64,000 nucleotides of DNA from the human T2T-CHM13v2.0 reference genome, Homo sapiens. The notes under the pieces are model-generated. The model saw nothing but the letters and a program-made list of their open reading frames with translations, ran no database searches and was not told the origin of the DNA. Position 1 is the first letter of the stretch, and each line of letters begins with the position of its first letter. Shown here piece by piece: positions 1 through 14,676 of the stretch. The position numbers were made by a program, and so were the translations under genes. The DNA is taken from NCBI RefSeq assembly GCF_009914755.1, contig NC_060925.1. The stretch is one strand, 5' to 3'.

Positions 1-2559
1 CAAAGAGGTGCCTCTATTATTTAAAAAATTCTCAGCAAAAAGAACAAATCATTGTTTTACTATTTGAAGAATAGGACAGGTTTTAAAAATAGCAAGATAA
101 CTATGCCATTTCTTTTCGATGGATCAAAATATATTTCAAAGATAAGTATATACCTGATGAATTTTAATTTTAATTAATAAATTAATTGATTAGTTTTAAA
201 TCAGAGAATGGACTCTAGTTTCAATCATTATGCTTTGAAAAGGATGCTTTCTTGTAGCAATGTATATTTCAGTGTCTAGAATGTGAAACACATTCTGAAC
301 AAACAGATGTCATCTCTGAGGCCCAGGTGATTTTAAAATAGGTTAGTATTTAATGGATAAGGGGGCAGAAAAGTGGCTTTTTCTTTAAGTATCTGCACAT
401 ATATATAATCTTTTAAATGCTGTACAAGTGACCAAAAATTTTTAAGAAGATTCAGGACACACAAAGCAAAGTTGTTGGGTTTTTCTGTGTGTGTCTGTGG
501 AAGCAGAAGAGAGGAAAGCAGAAGTCTGAAAATGAGAACCTTTTCACTAAGAAAATAACTCTTTTTGTGATTTTCTGAATAGCTCTTAGTTTAAGCAGAA
601 GTCAAAATAAAAACTAAAATAAAATAAACACAATTATGTAAATAAACCAAAAGCCTATATGGGTGAAAACTCTGTTACAATTCACTTCAACTTATGTTTT
701 TGGGAATATTCCTCTTTTTATAATATTCTGCCATTTTATTATCATCAGCGGCATTCATTTTTAGTCATTTCCTATGAACTGGGCACCGGAGAAAAAAGAA
801 GGTATAGGATATGTTCTCTTTTCTCTAAGAATTCAAGCCTTTTCATTTTTCGTGTTATAAAAACTGCACCTTTATTTTTGTTTTCAATGGCCCTATACAC
901 AAGGAAATTTATTTCTGAATGCTAAAATGATATACATGACAGCATAACCATCAGTAGCTAACCTGTAGCAGATGCTGAAAGGTCTTGTCCAAGTTATTAA
1001 GCCATATCACAGTAAAAACTGGTTTCCAAAGTTTCTGATCTTGTAGATTTTTTTATATGTGATGACTGCAGTTAGCTTTCTCCTCATGAATTGTTTCTAA
1101 TTATATCCTTTTATTTGTTCTTTTGTCTCTTCTTAAAATCTGGTCATATCATTACAATACTAACTTGTGTTTACTCTTTCAACTTTCCCTTTTACCTCAC
1201 TTTAATTATAAAAAACTAAATAAAAAATATTTAAAATACAAAAATGCTGTAAATATTTAAAATACAAATATGCTTTAGTAATTCTTAACTCTATTTTGTT
1301 TTTAAAAAGTTTTTATTTTCCAGCCAGCAGCATTTCTCATCTTCTGTAAAAGCCTAAACTTGTTGATGGGATTTTTTTACTGGGTATTCCTGAGGTGGTC
1401 AAAAAAAAAAACTGTCAGAGTTTTTTTTTTTTTTTTTTTTTAGGGGAAAGGAGAGCTTTGACAAATCTTTCTTTCTCTCTGAGAACAGGGGTCTCGTGCA
1501 GTTCAGTGGCATTGTCTGGGGACAAGGCAAGAGTTCAGAGGAAGTTCTAGCGAGACTTGACTTAGACATTCACTTCTGCATCATAAAATTAATTCCTGGG
1601 CCTTAAACATGGCACATAGAAAACACAGCCCAGGGCCAGGGGTCCTGAAGGCCAGGGGCACACACTAGGACGCACAGCTCACAAACGACTACCAGGGCAG
1701 GTGAGGCTCTCCCTCCTCTAGTGCTTTGTAAGACCCCAGGATCTTAGAAAGGCCTCAGTTACTATTGAGGTTGTTATTGTTCTCCTATTATTATTATTGT
1801 TTAGATTTCGCTGCCAGTCCAGCAGAGGGGCTTAAATCTGGATCTTTGTTGATTCACAGCAAACAAGAAGCGTGTTATTCCTTGGCTCCCTTGCATCTAG
1901 AATGTTCCCTGAGATGAAATCGTACTCATTACATTTATAGTCTTATAAAATTGGTATAATGAAAAGGCTGCTGGACTTGGGCTCAGGAGACCTTGATTCT
2001 AAGCCTGAGCTTGCAACTTGGTCTTAATATAAATGCCTTTATAATTGTATTTTGATTGAAGTCATGTTAAACTGAACTTGCTTTATCCAAGCCTGAAACT
2101 TTAGAGGTTGCTTGATTAAAAGTTCCCAACTAAGAATAAGACACAAATATGGTTTGAAAACGAGTCCCAGATAGCTCAGAGCAGGGACAGTACCCCCTGA
2201 CTTGTTTGGAGAAGCAGCAACAAAGGTTTCAGGTTTCTTTAAACTTTCATTTGGCTCTTAAAATTTGAATATGTCCAAACTGCTCTGAAATACCGAAGTA
2301 CTCCTTACCTTTTCCCCTTTTCTTATTCTTTTTCAAAATGGAGAATGCTTTTTCCAAATTTGGGAATATAGGCTGTGAGGTCAAAATAAGTGGGAGTGTA
2401 GACTGTGTTCTCTCCCACCCCCACCCCAAACCCATGCTGCCATCAAACTTGCACAGAGGCCACCACGCATGGACGCTTCCCACTCAGCCCCTAAACATTT
2501 ATGTACCACTCACTCATGTTTTGGCCCTCCCCTAATCTCTTCCTGGCTGCTCCTTCCTA

Positions 2560-3800
2560 TAATATCTTTCCTGGGATCTTATTTCTCTCCTGCTTTAAAG
2601 AGATCCCTCCCTTAATCCCATCTTCCGTTGTAGACACTGCTCCATTCCATTCCTTTCCATCACTAGGAAACGTAAGAGGATAAAGGACTTTTGCCTTCTC
2701 GACTTCTTTGTCTCTTATTTTCTGCTCTGCCAACTGCAACAGAGATTCTCCCTTCATCACCCAATAAAACAATGACTGTTTCATCATGAAATCCACAGGA
2801 CACTTCTCCATCCTCTTGTTGAATTGTCTTCCACAGTGACACTCTTCCACAGTGACAACGCTCTCCCTCATAGTTTCTATGGCTTCTCATCCATTGTCAG
2901 TCTTTTTTGCAAGCTCCTGGTGGCTTTTCTTCTATTCTTGGATCCTCAAATATTAATGTTCTGCAGGGTTACTACTAAATCCTCTGTTTACTGTTTTTTT
3001 TTTTTTTTCTGACACTGTATTTAAGGGTTTCCCATTTTTCCCTTGGCTTTAACTTCTATCCATTTACTGATTATACCCAAACTTCATCTCCCACCCATAC
3101 TTCCCACTGAAGGAGTGCAAGACTTGTGTTTCATAACTTAGGGTACAGATGCTACCCAGCTTTCCATGGGGCTATGTCCTGAAAAACCCATTGTACAAGG
3201 AAAATATGATAAGTCAAAAATGCATTTAATACATCTAGCCTACCAAATATCATAGCTTAGCCTAGCCTACCTTAAACACGCCCAGAACACTTAAATTAGC
3301 CTGCAGTTGGGCAAAGTCATCTAACACAAAACCTATTTTATAATAGTGTTGAATATCTCATGTAATTTATTGAATACCATACTGAAAGTGAAAAACAGAA
3401 TGGTTGTATGGGTACTCAGAGTATGGTTTCTACTGAATACGTATCACTTTCACACTATCCTAGTCAAAAAAATTGTGTTGGATCATCCTAAGTCAGGGAT
3501 CATCTATATAGACCCACTTGACTGTGCCACCAACTCTCACACATAAAATGCACATGTAAGAACTGATTTCTCCCTCAACCTGCATTTTGCTGTATATTCC
3601 TTCTTCTGATTAAAAGCAGTGCCACCCATCACCAAAACCAAAAATCTCAGTCAACTGTGAATGCTCCCATCTTCTTCACATCCAGTTCACATCTGAGTTG
3701 TGTTTATTTCAACTCTCAAAAAATCTCCAGTGTCTGCTCCTTCCTCTCCATCCTCATCTCCACTCCCTTTGTTCAGACCCACATCATCTCTACTGTGACC
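2560..3800. mobile_element. Degraded L2-like LINE remnant interrupted by MER47A
   Basis: Pyrimidine-rich L2-type phrases on both sides of MER47A; boundaries approximate. Confidence 0.45.
3146..3506 (+). mobile_element. MER47A (Tigger-family non-autonomous DNA element)
   Basis: TA-flanked; cagatgct...catagcttagcctagcctaccttaaac...gtatgggtactc...catct matches the recalled consensus. Confidence 0.85.
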
Positions 3801-4218
3801 ATGTCAGTAGTCATGTTGGTGGTTAGTCTTGGGGGGCCATCCCAATGCATTCTCTGCCCTCTTTCATCCTGTATGGTGCCCTGGGAGGCTGACCCCTATG
3901 TGGGCTCTTCTGCTTGAGTGAAACTTCAGCCATACTCCATTTCGCCTGCTTATGCACCTCTCCCAGTGCATGTGAATTGATAGGCATTTTTCCAGATTGT
4001 GTCAGGTAGGCTAATATCCTGGAAGAGGAATGGAAACAAGAAAGACATCTTTTGTTCCCAATGAGTGGCTTTTCTTCTCAGAATATATTAAGTTGAAACT
4101 AAGTCATGTTTTAACTTAAAGAAAAGAAGGGTAAAATGATGGGCTACTTTATTGAAGCTTGAGAAATAGGAATTGACTCACATGTGCAACAACCTATAAA
4201 TATATCAAAGAAGTATTT

Positions 4219-4440
4219 ATCTCCCTCCTTCCCTCTCTCCCTTCCTTCCTTTCTTCTCCCTTTCCTCCCCTTCCTTCCTCCTTCCTTCTTCCCTCCCTCC
4301 TTCCCTCCCTCCCTCCTTCTTTCCTTCCTTCCTTTTTCTTCTTTTCCTTCCTTCCTTTTCTTTCCTTCCTTCCTTCCTTCCTTCCTCTTTACTTTCACAT
4401 TGCATGCATTCTTTCTTTCATTCATTCCTCATTTCTCTCT
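4219..4440 (+). repeat. Polypyrimidine (TTCC/CCCT)n low-complexity tract
   Basis: Read directly from the sequence. Confidence 0.95.
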
Positions 4441-5582
4441 ATTCACTGTCTGTTATTTAACATCAGTCTCTGAGCATAGCTTAAATGATAATGTGTTTCC
4501 TCCATATAGTGCAACAAAGTCCATTTGAGATTTTTAAACCCCTTGATTAAAAGTATGTGGGGCAGGGGGAGTAATTTTAAAGCTTAATGATAGAAGTCAG
4601 GAATCATCTCCCTCATTTGAAATATTATTTGTAGGAATCCAGTGGAGAGGATTATATAACTTCTTAAGTGGATCCTCACATTTCAGGAAATGTATTAATT
4701 ATCCTAAGGGAGTAAATCTCATGCTAGAACCTTCATTTCAGCCAGTTCCATTCTCAAATCTTGTGTCTTCTCCAGTTACTTTGTTGAGATCTGTGCTGTT
4801 TGGTGATGGATGGGAGGTTTGAAAGAGGCACAGAATGTGAGTGATGGTGATGTGAGTAATGGCAATGTTGGGTTGTTTCCTGATCCATAAAACAAGCAAA
4901 TAATTTTTTTGACCTAACTCATCCACTGTGATGGAAGTGGTTTTTAAGCTGTATTTTCTTAAAGGAAATGTCAATATGCATGAAAATCTGGCAGAGCTTA
5001 TTGAGACATAAAATGGGAAATAAATGGGAATGAGGTTAGAGTCAGATAAAGGAAATGTGTTTTAGAGAAAATGTGGGCCTATTAGAGTTGTATAGTCTTA
5101 AGACCCATTAGAAAAAAAAAAGGCTTATGGGTACCAACAGTGTAGCAATGAACAAATTAACCACTCTGAACCTTTAGTCTTCATATTTTTTAAAATGGTA
5201 GGAAATACTCTGACAAACTTTTTGTGATGATTAAATACAAGAGATAAATAAAATATCCAATATAATAAGTGCTCAACAAACGGATAAATGGTGGCTCTTG
5301 CTCTGCTTCTGTGGCTGCTCTTATAGTTGTTATTTAGACCCTTTTGTCCTTTTCATTGTTTTCTGTTTCTGTGCTTTTTATATAAATTTGAAAAATATCC
5401 CTTTGTTCCTAGTGGTGCAATAACTGTTTTCCGCCACAATAGTCTTCAGTTTAAAGCTTCGATACTGCCTCCGTCTTTCATCTCACAATACCTTGACTTT
5501 ATAAGTGCCCATAATGTCAATAAATTGATCCTGTTTTTTTAATCATATTTTTACTAAGAGGAGCCACTTCTGACTTTAAAAT

Positions 5583-5653
5583 TATATCTATATATACACA
5601 TATATACACATATATATACATATATGCACACATATGTACACATACATATATAC

Positions 5654-5706
<53 letters not shown>

Positions 5707-5720
5707 CATATATATATATA
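5583..5720 (+). repeat. Compound (TA)n/(TG)n microsatellite adjoining an Alu tail
   Basis: Read directly; about 17 perfect TG units at 5657-5690. Confidence 0.95.
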
Positions 5721-5721
5721 A

Positions 5722-5844
5722 TTTTGTTTTTTGAGACACAGTTTCGCTCTGTCTCCCAGGCTGGAGTGCAGGGGCACGATCTTGGCTCACTGCAAGCTCT
5801 GCCTCCCAGGTTCACGCCCGTCTTCCGCCTCAGCCTCCCGAGTA
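5722..5844 (-). mobile_element. 5'-truncated Alu (AluY-like right-arm piece)
   Basis: gagacacagtttcgctctg...gcaagctc...ttcacgcc...cctcccgagta, then stops abruptly. Confidence 0.88.
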
Positions 5845-6354
5845 ATAAAAATTCATTCTAGCAAGAAACATGGACAATTTTAGGTATTGTTATAGATGAA
5901 GTATCCATTTAAGATTATGAATTTTGGTAAGACAAGGAAATAACTGGGAGAGTGAAATGTTGAATTCACATGAGATTTTCATTAGTGATGCATTTTGGTA
6001 GGGGAAAATAAATTAACTATCTGCCCTTTAAAGTCCATCTTAAACTCAAAAAACTGAAATAACTGTTAATAAAATGTAGCATTTTAAATAACAAACAGAT
6101 AGTAGGCACCTAATACATGTTTGTTTCATTAAGTTCAATGTGCAAGTAATTATTTACAAAGCCTGTTGGAAGTTGTTCCTATGTAGGGTTAGAAACACTT
6201 TACTAAGCATCTACACAAAAGTTTTTTGTGTAGCATTATTTGCAGTAATAGTGTAAGGAATGTTCATCTGGCATTGAATTATCAGAAATGTTGCATGTGT
6301 GTTTATAAACTTTGCTTTTTCAAATTTATATTTATAATATAGAGAATTCTTTAA

Positions 6355-6770
6355 AATTTTTTTAATTATGGTAAAAACAGATAACATAATATTTTCCATA
6401 TTAACAATTTCTAAGTGTACAAGTGTACAGTTCAGTAATGTTATTAAGTACATTGTTGTTGTATAGCAGTAATGTTATTAAGTACACTGTTGTTCAGTAA
6501 TGTTACTAAGTACACTGTTGTTGTGCAACCAGTCTCCAGACCTTTTTAATGTGGCAAAACTGGTACTCTGTACCCATTAAACTCATTTCCCCAATTCCTC
6601 CTTCCCCCAGCCTCTGGCAACCACCATTCCACTTTCTGTTTCTAAGAGTTCAACTGCTCTAGATACTTCATATAAGTGGAATCATACAATATTTGTATTT
6701 TAGTGACCAGCTCATTTTCACTTAGCAGATTGTCTCAAGGTTCATCCATGTTGAGTATGTGTCAGTTCCT
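6355..6770 (-). mobile_element. Old L1M (MA/MB-type) 3' end
   Basis: cccagcctctggcaaccaccattc...catataagtggaatcatacaatatttg...ttcatccatgttg. Confidence 0.75.
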
Positions 6771-6960
6771 TATCACAATAGGATAATAGGTTTTGTTTTT
6801 TGTAAGTATCATATTTTTTATTTTTCATCTCAAATTTTTTTGTAGAGTCCTTACAATTAAAGGTGAGAACATAGACAAGTTAGCTTTTTGGAATAGGTAG
6901 ATAAAGCAAGAATAAACAATAAAGCTACTATTTAAAAAATATCTAAGTTTTTCTGAACAG

Positions 6961-7021
6961 GTGCTATCACCAATACCATTCAGTGATAGGCAAGGTCACG
7001 GATTCTGTGGCCTTGGATAAA
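6961..7021 (+). other. Candidate 61-bp internal exon of an unidentified transcript
   Basis: Acceptor ttttttctgaacag and donor AA|gtaagt in unique sequence; one frame is open throughout (CYHQYHSVIGKVTDSVALDK). Confidence 0.4.
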
Positions 7022-8774
7022 GTAAGTGCATGCTAATTAGGGACTCCTCATCTACTTGTTCTCACCTGGGGATGGTGTTCAGTTAGCATTTGGAAGGAAG
7101 GTTGCTCTCAAACTAAGTAAGAATGTATAGACAAAGCCAATGAGGTCGAGGTCTCATGGTTTTATAGCCAGGGGCTTCTATCTTTCTTTTTGCTTTTTCT
7201 ACCTGGATCTAAAAACCAACCCTTTGCTTTACCAGAGGAAATATTAAATATTTCATGAAAACTAACCTTATATGATTCGCTCACAGGGTACTTCCAAGGT
7301 ATTTCTAAGCTGAGTCATGAGTGCGTGGGTGTTAATAAATGCACACACATTATGGACAGTTTACAGGTATGATAAGTTTTACAATAAAAATTAGTCTTGC
7401 ATTAAGTTCTGTTTGTGGTAAAGATGATTACTATAATTAATTTTATGTAGCTTAGTCATTTCCTACTCCTAATATTTGAAGATAGCAAATTATGGTCCAA
7501 GTTCTATTTTGTTTTCTTTACTACTATTATCAGTTTTCAGACATGCAGTTAAAGATGAAGTTAGATAAGAAACATGAAATGCTCAGTAATATATTAGTAA
7601 AAATGAAGGGGATTCATAAAATGTGTATTTACAAATTAAAATACATTAAAAAAGTTTCCTTGTGTAAATCATTTTTCTTTGAATTAAACATCTTCTTCTT
7701 TGTTGTTCTTTGAGATGCAGATGCTGGATTAAACATACTCATGTCTGTGTTTTTTGTGTTCCTTAAGTTAAAGGTGGTGATTACTTACACTTTAAGAGTA
7801 ACATTTATTAAGTTGGAAATGTAATAAAACTTTAAATGGATTAGAAAATTCTTAGCACATCGGGGAAACTGGGTTTTTTTTTTAACTGACCATCTGAAAA
7901 AAAAAAGCTCTCTAAATACAACTTAGAGTATTGCCGTAATATTCAATCATTTCACTAATTTTATCTCCCTCTCTTATGCTTCCTGGGCTAGATAAATTCT
8001 TGAGCACATTCTCACCTCTTTTAGTTTATGACTGAAATTATTGAGAAATGGAAAGATTGTCTATAGTATCCCACTGTATGTCTAGCAATATACTTACTTC
8101 TCTGAGATTTACGTCCAGAGACAAGTGAATCTCTGCTGGCTTTCTTTGCCCTGATTACTCAGTGTGTTGGGTGGCAACTGCCCTCCGTAATGGACAGACC
8201 CTGGATCTCTAGAGGCTGGCATCATTTTCTGTGGCTTGCAAATAATCCAAGAGAAATAGATCTCAACACAGATGATATCTGATGCATTCCAACCTGAGAA
8301 CTTTTAGATATTTTCATTGTTTCCTTAATCTAGGGATTTGCAGCCATTGCAGATAGTTTTCTTCTGAAGTGGTACAATGGGGGAAAGAAGCGTGCTAACT
8401 GATATTTTAGAACTTCTATACTTTTTGAAGATTGTTCACTCTATTTCTTGGTTGTTTAATTTCAGAGTAAGTTTTCTCCATTTTACTTTCTTAATCAATG
8501 CTTATTGGGGTTCATTTGTTTTATTTTTATTTATTATTAGTTTTTGCCATGCAAACCTACAACTTTCATGGGTTCCTTTCATTGAAGGTTTCTTTATTGT
8601 CAAACTGCCCCATTTAGTAACTGCAATTTTAATAGAGAAATTTGATTCAATATTATTTTTATGAAGTAAAGATGAATTACATATTTCATGAAGTCATGTA
8701 AGGATTGAGTTACACTGATTGCTAGGAAGAGCCACACAAACTATCCAAGCTTCAGAGAGCTAACATTATAAATA

Positions 8775-9109
8775 CAGTTATGTGCCACATACTGACATTT
8801 CCATCAATGAGGGACAGTGCATGTAATAGTGGTTCCATAAGATTATAACATGGTATTTTTACTGTATCTTTTATATGTTTAGATGCACTAATACTTACTA
8901 TTGTGTAACAACTGCCTACAGTATTCAGTACAGTAACATACTGTACAGATTAGCCGAGGAGCAACAGGCTATACCATATCGCCAAGGTGTGTAGTAAGCT
9001 ACACCATCTAGGTTTGCATAAATACATTCTACAATGTTCCCATAAAGAGGAAATCACCTAATAGCACATTTCTTAGACTGGATCCTCATCATTAAGCAAA
9101 GCATGACTG
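8775..9109 (+). mobile_element. Tigger3a/MER7A DNA element
   Basis: TA-flanked TIRs cagttatg...catgactg; internal gcctacagtattcagtacagtaaca. Confidence 0.85.
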
Positions 9110-9477
9110 TACAGAAATGTTTAAAAGAATCATGATCATAATATAATGTTTTTGTTTTAAGGAGAATGTGTTTATGTTTGAAAATTACAGATGTAATTTT
9201 AAAAGAATTTGTCCCATTAGAATTACAGTCTGATAATTCCAGTTTACAATGTATAACCATATCATTCATTTAAAGTTGGAATTTTGAGCAAAAATCTCTG
9301 TGTCCTCCATCAAGATATTTAAGATAACTTAAGTTTATGGCATTTATAAGGTCAGTTTATTAGCTATATGAGAACTACTTGAGTGGTAATGAAGGTTTTT
9401 CATTCAGGCATTTATAACACTTAGAAAGGTATATGCATATCAATGGTAATAAACATCATTCAAAGTCACTTTAGGTT

Positions 9478-10275
<798 letters not shown>

Positions 10276-10779
10276 TACTCTAAGTTGATTGTCAAAATTA
10301 CCAGATTCGTAAGATGGTGTAGGCTAAATAAAAAGCCTAAGGGAGCTGTGTTTTTGATTTGTAACTTTAATGACTTGAAAATTAACTTTAAATTCTAATG
10401 GAAACTTCTAAATGGTCTCCTCTGTGCACCCAAAATTCTCCTAAGGCCATCCAAAAACGTTATCACCACATACAAACCAGGCAGCACCCAAGACTTAAGC
10501 CCTGAAAGGGGGCCTATGTCCCCTTTCTCCTCTAAGGATGTGTTCTGGCTTCTTACTCTTACCCCTGTGGCCTTCAATGCCCTCTTACTGCTGAGGTTTC
10601 ATTTAAGTGAAATTTATTTAAGTGAAAGTCACTTAATTTCATTTCAGTGAAAACGTGTGATTTTTTTTGTTTGTTTTTTGTTTTTCTAAAGCAACAAAAA
10701 AATTTCCACCTCAGAAGAGTATTTATACAAGTTCATCTGTTGTGGGCATTCCCACAGGCTAACCCCATTCTTTCCCTGC

Positions 10780-10920
10780 AGCATTCACTTAATGACTCAG
10801 TACCTTATCTCATCTACAGAAGGAGAATAGTAGTAGTACCTGCATAAGATTGTTGTGAGAAATGAGTTAATACATTTAAGGTGCTTAGAATAAAGCCTAG
10901 CATATGGCAACTGCACAAAA
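10780..10920 (+). mobile_element. MIR remnant
   Basis: ctcatctacagaaggagaatagtagtagtacct...gattgttgtgagaatgagttaatacat...gtgcttagaa. Confidence 0.7.
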
Positions 10921-12540
10921 AAAATGTTATTCTTTTTTAATGTTAAAAAAAAGAGTTGTCAAATTCCCTTTTAACAGATGCATAGGCATCCTGTTGAAAC
11001 AACAACTGTTTCTTAGTTTGGAGGTTGCCTGGATTTCTTGTTTTTATGTCCCTAGGGAATAAAAACGTGCTTACGAGACTGAAATTAATTATAGGGTCAG
11101 TTTCTTCAATAATTTGGAATGTTTGCAAGTTAAAAAAAAATAAACAAACCCTTACTAGGCCTTTTCTTTCTCATGGGAGTTTTTTTACATGTAAATTATT
11201 TATCTCACCAAAATACTATTAATATGAAAAGCTCAAACTAAAAAAAAGGCTTAGTAAAATCAACCATTCTATTTTATGTTATGTGTGTATATCACACATT
11301 AATTTTGGAATTTGTTATTTCACCTGAAAAATATCCCAAATCTAACATGCCTTAGATTTATTTGAAGTCTTTTTTTAATGCAAGTGGGCTATAATACTTT
11401 AACATTGCAATGCTTGTTTCTTTGCTTCTATTCACTTAATATTGAAAAATGTTTTATATTTTGTGTTCTGCATTCTGTTTTATGATTGTGACATAGGTAT
11501 GCATTATTTGTTTGCATTTAGAATTAGAGAAAGCTTTCACTGGGCAACTACTCATTGCCTCAGGAGTTTATGTATTTTAAAAGGAAGGCGTCTTTTCACT
11601 TGAAGCAATGCCCAAGTATTTATTAATAGCAAAGTTGTTTTCATACTTCATGAGGTTCTAACTACCTTTATTTGTATAGGCTCCACCCTATATCATAATA
11701 AATGTAAAAAATTGCACTATATCCAATGTTAAATATAATTTTTGTTATAGTTACATTTTAAAGTTTATGTCTAATTGTATTTTGAAACCATTTAGTTATA
11801 AATAAAATTCCTTTCTCATTGGCTGAGATTTCTGAACAAGCGCCATGGTAGGTGTAGGATGCAGCCCAAGTATTCTGCCATCTGAGTCCTTGTCTGTTTA
11901 TCACATATGTCTCCCTCATTGTTCAAAGGTTGCTTTGCTTTTGAGAATGTTCCCCACATACTTATTGTTAAGTTTATTTTTGTGGGTTTTAATAAATTAG
12001 AATTTCTAAAAAGAGCTGTTCTGAGAAAATTCTTGTTTGCAAGGATATTTCCTCCTAGATATTTTCATCTCTTTTTTTTTGTATGTCCTAAAATAAGCAA
12101 CATGAGTACTTTTACATAGAAGGAAGTGCCATAGCTACAATTGTCAAATCCACAAAACAATAAGCCTTGGTAATTCTGTGTCTTAGAACATTTCGTATCT
12201 TTGAGCACCACCTTGCAAGTGCCATAGAATGACAATGGCGCTGCCGAGCCAGCAGCACAGGAACACGAACGAAGGTCAACATTTGTGGGTTCCATTACTT
12301 AACTCTGGAGAAAAAATGGCAAGTTTCAGCAAGACAACAGTTTTAAATATAAAACTATTAGACAGAATGTTTGCTCCAGGAAGAATTTTAACTTCACAAA
12401 TAGATTAAACGTATTATATATAACAATTCAATCTCAAATCATTTTTGGTACAGATCCCCATTTTTTTTTAATTTTCTGTTTGCATACATTGCAGGTTTTT
12501 GAAAATACTATAAATCAAAACACAGAGTTGATTTATGGCT

Positions 12541-13480
12541 TTTTTAACCTTTACTAAGACATAATTGATATACTATATACTGCACATATTAAAGTGTACA
12601 ATTTGAAGTTTTGACATATGTATACACATGTGAAAATCATCAACAAAAGCAAGATGATGAGTGTGTTCCACACTTTGTAATACATTGTCATGTCTTTGCA
12701 ATCCTTTGTAATCCCTCCCTTCTACCTCCCACCATCATTTCCCATCACCAGGCAACCATAGATATGCTTTCTGTCAGTATAGATTAGTTGGCATTTTCAA
12801 GAATTTTAAATGAATAGGATGATAAAAACTGTACTCTTTTTTGATCTGGCTTCTTTCACTCAGCAAAATTATTTTGAGATTTATGTATACTTTTGTGTCT
12901 GCCAATAGTTTATTTCCTTTTCTTGCTTAGTACTACTCCATTATGCCTATATGCCACTATTTGTTTATCCAGTCACCTCCATAGACAGTTGGCTTTTTTC
13001 CAATGTTGGGTTGTTGAAGTAAATCTGCTGTGAATATCTGCATACATGTCTATGTGTGGAAAAAGGCTGTCATTTCTTAGGCAAATACCAAGGAGTAGAA
13101 TGTCTGGTTGTATGGTAGGTATATGTTTAAATTTTTAGGAAACTGCCAAACTCTTTTTTCAAAACGGTTATAGCATTTTACATTTTCAGCAGCAGATGAC
13201 AATTCCAGTTGCCCCTACATCTTTGCTAATATTTGTTATGGTCAGTATTTTCAATTGTGGTCATTTTAGTGGATGTCTAGTGGTACTTGTTTTACTTAGC
13301 ATTTCCCTAATGACCCATGATCTTGAGCATCTTTTCATATACTTAGTTAGCATCTGTATATGTTCTTTATTGAAGTGGCTGTTGAAATCTTTTGTCCATA
13401 TTTCTACTGGGCTGTTTGTCTTGTAGAGTGTAATCATTCTTCATATCTATTTAGGTACAGGCCATGTAAATATATGTTAA
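12541..13480 (-). mobile_element. Old L1M (MB/MC-type) 3' region
   Basis: caggcaaccat...tctggcttctttcactcagc...ggaaactgccaaact...atttccctaatgacc...tgagcatcttttcatatactt. Confidence 0.8.
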
Positions 13481-13490
13481 AAGTACTATA

Positions 13491-13790
13491 GGCCGGGCGC
13501 AGTGGCTCAAGCCTGTAATCCCAGCACTTTGGGAGGCCGAGGTGGGTGGATCACGAGGTCAGGAGATCAAGACCATCCTGGCTAACATGGTGAAACCCCG
13601 TCTCTACTAAAAATACAAAAAAATTAGCCGGGTGTGGTGGCGGGTGCCTGTAGTCCCAGCTACTCAGGAGGCTGAGGCAGGAGAATGGCGTGAACCTGGG
13701 AGGCGGGGCTTGCAGTGAGTGGAGATCACGCCACTGCACTCCAGCCTGGGCGACAGAGCAAGACTCTGTCAAAAAAAAAAAAAAAAAAAA
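13491..13790 (+). mobile_element. AluY
   Basis: ggctaac and gaatggcgtgaacc diagnostics; TSD aaaag(t/g)actata. Confidence 0.93.
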
Positions 13791-14350
13791 GGACTATAAA
13801 ACAGGCAATCTTTTGTGGTTTAAATCACCTTTTTATCCCTAAATTCATCCAATTGAACTTCACTATCCTTTAAAATTAATCTTAAAAGAATAATCAAGAA
13901 TATGAATCAGTTCTAGTATTACTATTCATGCTTCATGAGCTGTGATACTAGAATTTATGCATCTTATTTTTAATACCTGTCTCACATTTGATTATAATTT
14001 CTTTTTAAACAATACATTACTGTCCCATTTCTCATGTCAGGGTTATTGGGTTCTCTCTAATGCTGCTCCTAATCTGAAATATACATGCAAAACATTGTAG
14101 CTGCATGTGGGCACAATTATAGCTAAAAGTGAACAGCACTTTTACGTTAAACCATTTGGTCCTCACATCAGCTTGTGTGTATTGTGATCCCTTTTTAAAA
14201 TGAGAAAACGGAGGCACAGCAAGGAAAGACACTTTCCCAAGGTCATGAGTATGTGACAGAGTAGAGTTCACATCAAGCCTCCTTAACTTTAGCCTCCACC
14301 CTCTGTGCTTTTGTAAAACACTCAACTGTTTTCTTTTAAGAAATGCCCTA

Positions 14351-14676
<326 letters not shown>

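Noticed and set aside
870-945. Possible terminal exon NLFLNAKMIYMTA*
   Set aside because: Weak AAG acceptor and no recognisable protein; indistinguishable from chance.
4144-4528. K/E/G/R-rich and F/P/S-rich ORFs
   Set aside because: Translations of the (TTCC)n simple repeat.
5517-5861. HT/YI/CV-repeat ORFs
   Set aside because: Microsatellite plus Alu fragment.
6433-6522. CRISPR-like 28-bp repeats
   Set aside because: No real spacers; eukaryotic context inside an L1 remnant.
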